From: Takakia lepidozioides | Lineage: Eukaryota > Plantae > Bryophyta | Length of the DNA stretch: 64,000 bases | Assembly: GCA_030704615.1 (NCBI GenBank) | Contig: CM060733.1 | Span: 47,182,001 to 47,246,000, forward strand | Reading direction: 5' to 3' | Shown: positions 59,975-64,000 of the stretch, one piece after another | How positions within the stretch are numbered: the first letter of the stretch is position 1 | How the letters are laid out: every line of letters begins with the position of its first letter | Translations under genes and position numbers: made by a program | The notes under the pieces: generated by a model | Databases searched by the model: none | Seen by the model: the letters and a program-made list of their open reading frames with translations, nothing else | What the model was told of the DNA's origin: nothing

Positions 59975-62214
59975 AAATATACCCCTGCAGACTATTCGTC
60001 TGATACACTCAGGGAGATCAGAAGGAGCATTTTGTAGTTGTTGGGTATATAACCTAGACTAGTCTGAATATAGTAGACGAAGTCTGCGCGAGAAGTCCCT
60101 GAGTATTTTTTGGAGGAATTAGGTTCAAAGATTTCATTTGTAGATTTGTCATGTTTCAAGATGATGTATTCAATGGCTCATGAGCCTCATTTTCATTAAA
60201 GTTTCTTTCTACAACATCTGTATAATATGGAAGATTTCCCCTTTCATGTAGAAAGCCTCGTAGTACATACGAACCTCCACTGTCCAGTGGAGGTTCTTAT
60301 ATATGGAATGATGGATGCTAGTAAGAGAGTTCTTGTTATTTGATTATCTAATGAATTTGTGTTTGGTTGTAACAGAAGACATCCTACACCACCAGATTGC
60401 ATCCCGGGATTGATTGGAAATATTTGTGGCGCATTCATATGCCGGAAGTCCTCAAATTTCAAAACTGACCATACCGCAATTTTTGAGCTGAACCCAAAGG
60501 TGACAGACTGGGGCATCGTCCTTGTGGGTACACCTCCGATCACAAGCTGTCTTTTCATTATAGAAGTCTTTGAGTAATAACAGACTTAAAATACGTAGAA
60601 GCTCTTGATATAGAGCTTGAATCTGAAAAGGAAAACCCGATGTTGGTTTTGTTCCTGTATGAGGATACGAGAACCCCAGGACGTTTGGTTTCAAAGTGGA
60701 GGTGGGTCGTCTAAACAAGTCGTTGATGAGTGAATGCATTGGACTGGGTTTTAGATTTCCCGACGAGGGCTCAATATTTACCGACGTAGGTTTGTCGAGG
60801 GCCTGGAGTATTTTTCCGGATCTTCTGCATGCAATGGGGAACGACATTCGCAAGAAGCGAGCATTGGAAGAAGCATACAAGCAACCTCCACTGCCCAGTC
60901 GACGTTGCGAGATGGAGGAAATGAGTCGGAGATGGTCGTTGCTCAGCGTGAAGGAAAAGAGAGCGAGCAGCCACAGCAGCAAAAGGGGATGCTTCCGCGT
61001 GAGCGTGTGAGGGTGAGCATGTGAGCGCAGCCAGGCTCACGCCACGTCAGCACTTATTGTCACGTTGGCTCACGGGTCTGACGCCACGTCAGCAGACCTT
61101 GCCAGCGTGGGTGACGCCATGTCATGTGAAGCCACGTCATTTCCATAGGCACGGACCTATAACCGTGGACCGAATAGGCATAAGGGTGCCTATAGCCGCG
61201 GACTTACACATTCGGCACATAGGGAACCATATGTGGGCAACGAGGCGAAGTGCAGAAGAGAGCTTATACTGAATGTTGCTGAATGATTGTGTTTGCAGAG
61301 ATCGAATATAGAAGAATGGTTGTGGATGAATTAATGAGGATGAAGGAGAGTCAGCACACTCCGAATATGGATGAATGTGGATGAAAAGTTGTGGATGAAT
61401 GTGGATGTATGAGAGTGGATGAATGTTGAATGAGGATGTCATTCTAACATTTATCTGAACCAAGCACAACAATCAATGTCGTTTGCACAAACATTACAAA
61501 TTGGAGAAAATCCTTCATGAAGCACATGATAAGATTTAATCCATGATGTCTGCCATTTGGGGAAAGGTAGACTGATGAAAGCAACGTAGAATAAGACAAC
61601 ACGGCAAATGTGAGACAGATCTTTGATTTTTTAATTTTCTCCCACTGGTTACTGCAACATTCCACTGTGCAGCACGCTCCACTTTCGCTTTCCTCTTCAG
61701 TGTTGACACATTGCGAGCCATTTCAGCACCATACTTCCTGCAACACACCAGATCACCACCCTGAACTGACACTGGACTGAAAATGCAACCTAGTCGCCTT
61801 GCCAATGAGGTACAATCTGCTCATCTCTCCTGAGAGAGCACTGAAATTTTCAAGCTTATTCATTAGTTGTAAGCATACCCATCAGTTGTAACAACATATT
61901 AGAAGATGAATTTGGCTACCGGTTGTGCATGAGGAGGAGTTCTAGGTCTTTCACATTGTGCACCAAAAATTTGACGAAACCACTAGGCAACACATGCTTT
62001 GTCTTCTTGTTTGACCCATAACCAATGTTAGGCATTTGTGTGGTGCCCATGAACATATGAGGTTGAGCATGAACAGAGACGTCGTGCAAAGGGTGAGTTT
62101 CCAATATCCTGCCACCCAAATTATATGTATTGCATTAGCTAATGTGAAAGGCATGGGGGGGGGGGGGGGGGGGGGGCACATGCTATAACTGGGAAGCGAA
62201 CACCAAATGAACTT

Positions 62215-62640
62215 ACTCACATGTGAAATCGTCGTCGAGGTCCTTGTCGTCTCCCTCATTGATATCGACATGCACTACAGCCTCCTGCACTTTGGCGGCA
62301 GGCATTGGCCCTTGCAACTCTTGGAGGCTCAGTAAAAATGGCTGCATCCCCTTCCATACCCAACAAATGCCGGCCCGCTGCCTTGCAAGCATGGTACGAA
62401 GCTCCTGCAAGACACAGTTGTGTTACTAAGATGTTACAAATTGTGTATAAAGGGAAAAAAGACCACAGAAGGAGAGATGTCAAACGTGTTCCAAGAGTCA
62501 GGTCGACGATGCACGCCCCCAGATGGGAACGTGTCTCAATAACAATTTGAATAAAAGTTGGACTCTTCTCCTTGGCCCCTCTCCATGGTGTTCCATTCAT
62601 TTTTCTCAAACAGACATTCGAATCCACGTAATTGTTCAAA
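62215..62640 (-). pseudogene. Amino-(N4C/N6A)-DNA-methyltransferase-like C-terminal fragment, copy 1
   Basis: PWRGAKEKSPTFIQIVIETRSHLGACIVDLTLGT-intron-(R)ASYHACKAAGRHLLGMEGDAAIF resembles the SAM-binding region of beta-class amino-MTases. Frameshifted. Confidence 0.55.
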
Positions 62641-63699
62641 ACCGGAAGCTAATCTCAATGGAAGGACAGACAAAACATCGGGTACCAGACCCTCTGAAAT
62701 TGAGCGCATCAATGCACTCAGTTGTGAAGGGTTTTGATTTGCCCAATGGAAGTAAGCGGGCCCTCTGAAACTGTGTGCGTCAACGCACTCAATTTTGGAG
62801 GGCCACAAGTGGAAAATAAAAAAATGTGTTTTTTTTTTGGTTTTTTTTTTCCCCACTTGGGTTCTCCCTCGTTCCTTGCCTAGAACTGAGTGCGTCAACA
62901 CACCCAATTTCTTCACTCATAAAAGAGCTCCGTAAACGCATATTGAAGTTTGAAAGACGTCTCTCACTGCTCAGACTTCCCGGACCTTTCGGTTCGAGGT
63001 TTTTCACATTGTGCAACAAAATTTTGACGAAACCACTTGGCAGCACATGCGTACTCTTACATTTTTTACCCATAACCAATGTTAGGCATCAGTGCCGTGC
63101 CCTTCATCTAGCATTGAAGCCGATAGTGCACACCTACTGCAGCCATAAGGCTTGCACCTAAAACATTAGTTCATGCAAAAATGATAGAGTGATGCGAAAT
63201 GAAGACATAAATACAGACATAAGTCATATTTGCAAATGCATTCAAGCCTTGAAATTGAGGAACGAGCGTTCAACGACATTACTAGGATGTATGCAAGGAT
63301 TTTATTACATAAATGTGTGGGAACACAGTAGGTGCGGCACTTGCCACATGCCCAGAACCAAAACCGGACTACATTGACGCATGCTCTCAATCACTACAAA
63401 TATCCCCTGAAACTGTGGCACTATCATCCACGAAAACCCGAGCTCCTAGGTGCCTATTCTGCTTCCGAGCACACGGGGGAGATTTGTTCAACATCTGCTG
63501 TCGAGCAATGGCCTCAGCGTACTCTGGCAGTATGTACGAACGTGGAGGGCTGCACCAGAAGTCGGACTGGAAAACACAGACGTTGTGCAAAGGAACAGCT
63601 TCCAATATCCTGAAAACCAACGTGAACGCAATGCATCAGCGAACATAGAAGAAAAGGGAATGGTGGGGGCTGGAACGAAGATTCATACAGAATTTCAAC

Positions 63700-64000
63700 T
63701 TACTCACATGCGAAATCGTTGTCCAGGTCTTTGGATCGTCCCCTTCGCTGATATCCACATGCACTGTACCTTCTTGTTCCTGGACGACAGGGGCTGGCCC
63801 TTGCAAGCCTCCAATGATGTCATTGAAAATATCCGCATCCCCTTCCATACCAAACAAATGCCTGCCCCCAGCTTTGCAAGCATGGTACGAAGCGCCTGCA
63901 AGTCGATGTACTGTTAGCAAGATATAACAAACTCTGCAACAAGAAGAGAACACCAGAGATTGATCGGGATCAAACCTGTCCCAAGAGTGAGGTCCACGAT
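63700..64000 (-). pseudogene. Amino-methyltransferase-like fragment, copy 2 (continues beyond the window)
   Basis: IVDLTLGT G|intron|ASYHACKAGGRHLFGMEGDADIFNDII. Paralogous to 62215-62510, with the same intron position. Confidence 0.55.

Larger units (their letters stand above)
45789..60037 (+). pseudogene. Relic ORF of unknown function (YSPxSP and DYSxDxL repeats), split by three nested TE insertions
   Basis: Removing the CACTA, Gypsy and hAT insertions plus one TSD copy each restores MRKRSVGG..EADHPD|QEHDVLK..DYSTDALAEI..YTPLDY|SPDTLAAI..GYSPTSP..GYSPASP..GSPKY|TPADYSSDTLREIRRSIL*. One frameshift and one stop remain. Confidence 0.6.

Noticed and set aside
62156-62176. Long poly-G run as a functional G-quadruplex
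   Set aside because: A simple homopolymer in decayed repeat sequence, with unreliable length.

Overview
Eukaryotic DNA, apparently from a land plant. A non-seed plant such as a bryophyte is inferred from gene and PPR style, not proven. Host genes are an intron-containing MFS_5 molybdate-anion transporter-like gene (-), head-to-head with an intronless ZRF1/DNAJC2 gene (+), and a 22-exon endosomal Na+/H+ exchanger (NHX5/6 class) with three U12 introns. Relics include an L1/Tx1-like LINE, a tRNA-derived SINE, an RRM pseudogene, and inverted and tandem OSB-PDF/PPR chimeric fragments. The standout is a young 11.9-kb Ty3/Gypsy-type retroelement at 47396-59251 (-), with a 4-bp TSD (TATT) and identical repeats. 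It encodes a C5 cytosine DNA methyltransferase between protease and RT, followed by an in-frame UAG-CAA-CCA leaky-stop context. Its integrase ends in a PHD finger, and it appears to self-prime in Tf1 style instead of using a tRNA. Its terminal repeats are circularly permuted (B...A-gc-B-A), as if a 2-LTR circle had been opened at an internal palindrome, GACAGCTGTC. It also carries an extra ORF and a captured LysM receptor kinase exon. It sits, with a CACTA element and a hAT MITE, inside one relic ORF that has YSPxSP motifs. Two tandem amino-methyltransferase-like fragments lie at the window end. All calls come from reading the sequence by eye; no searches were run.
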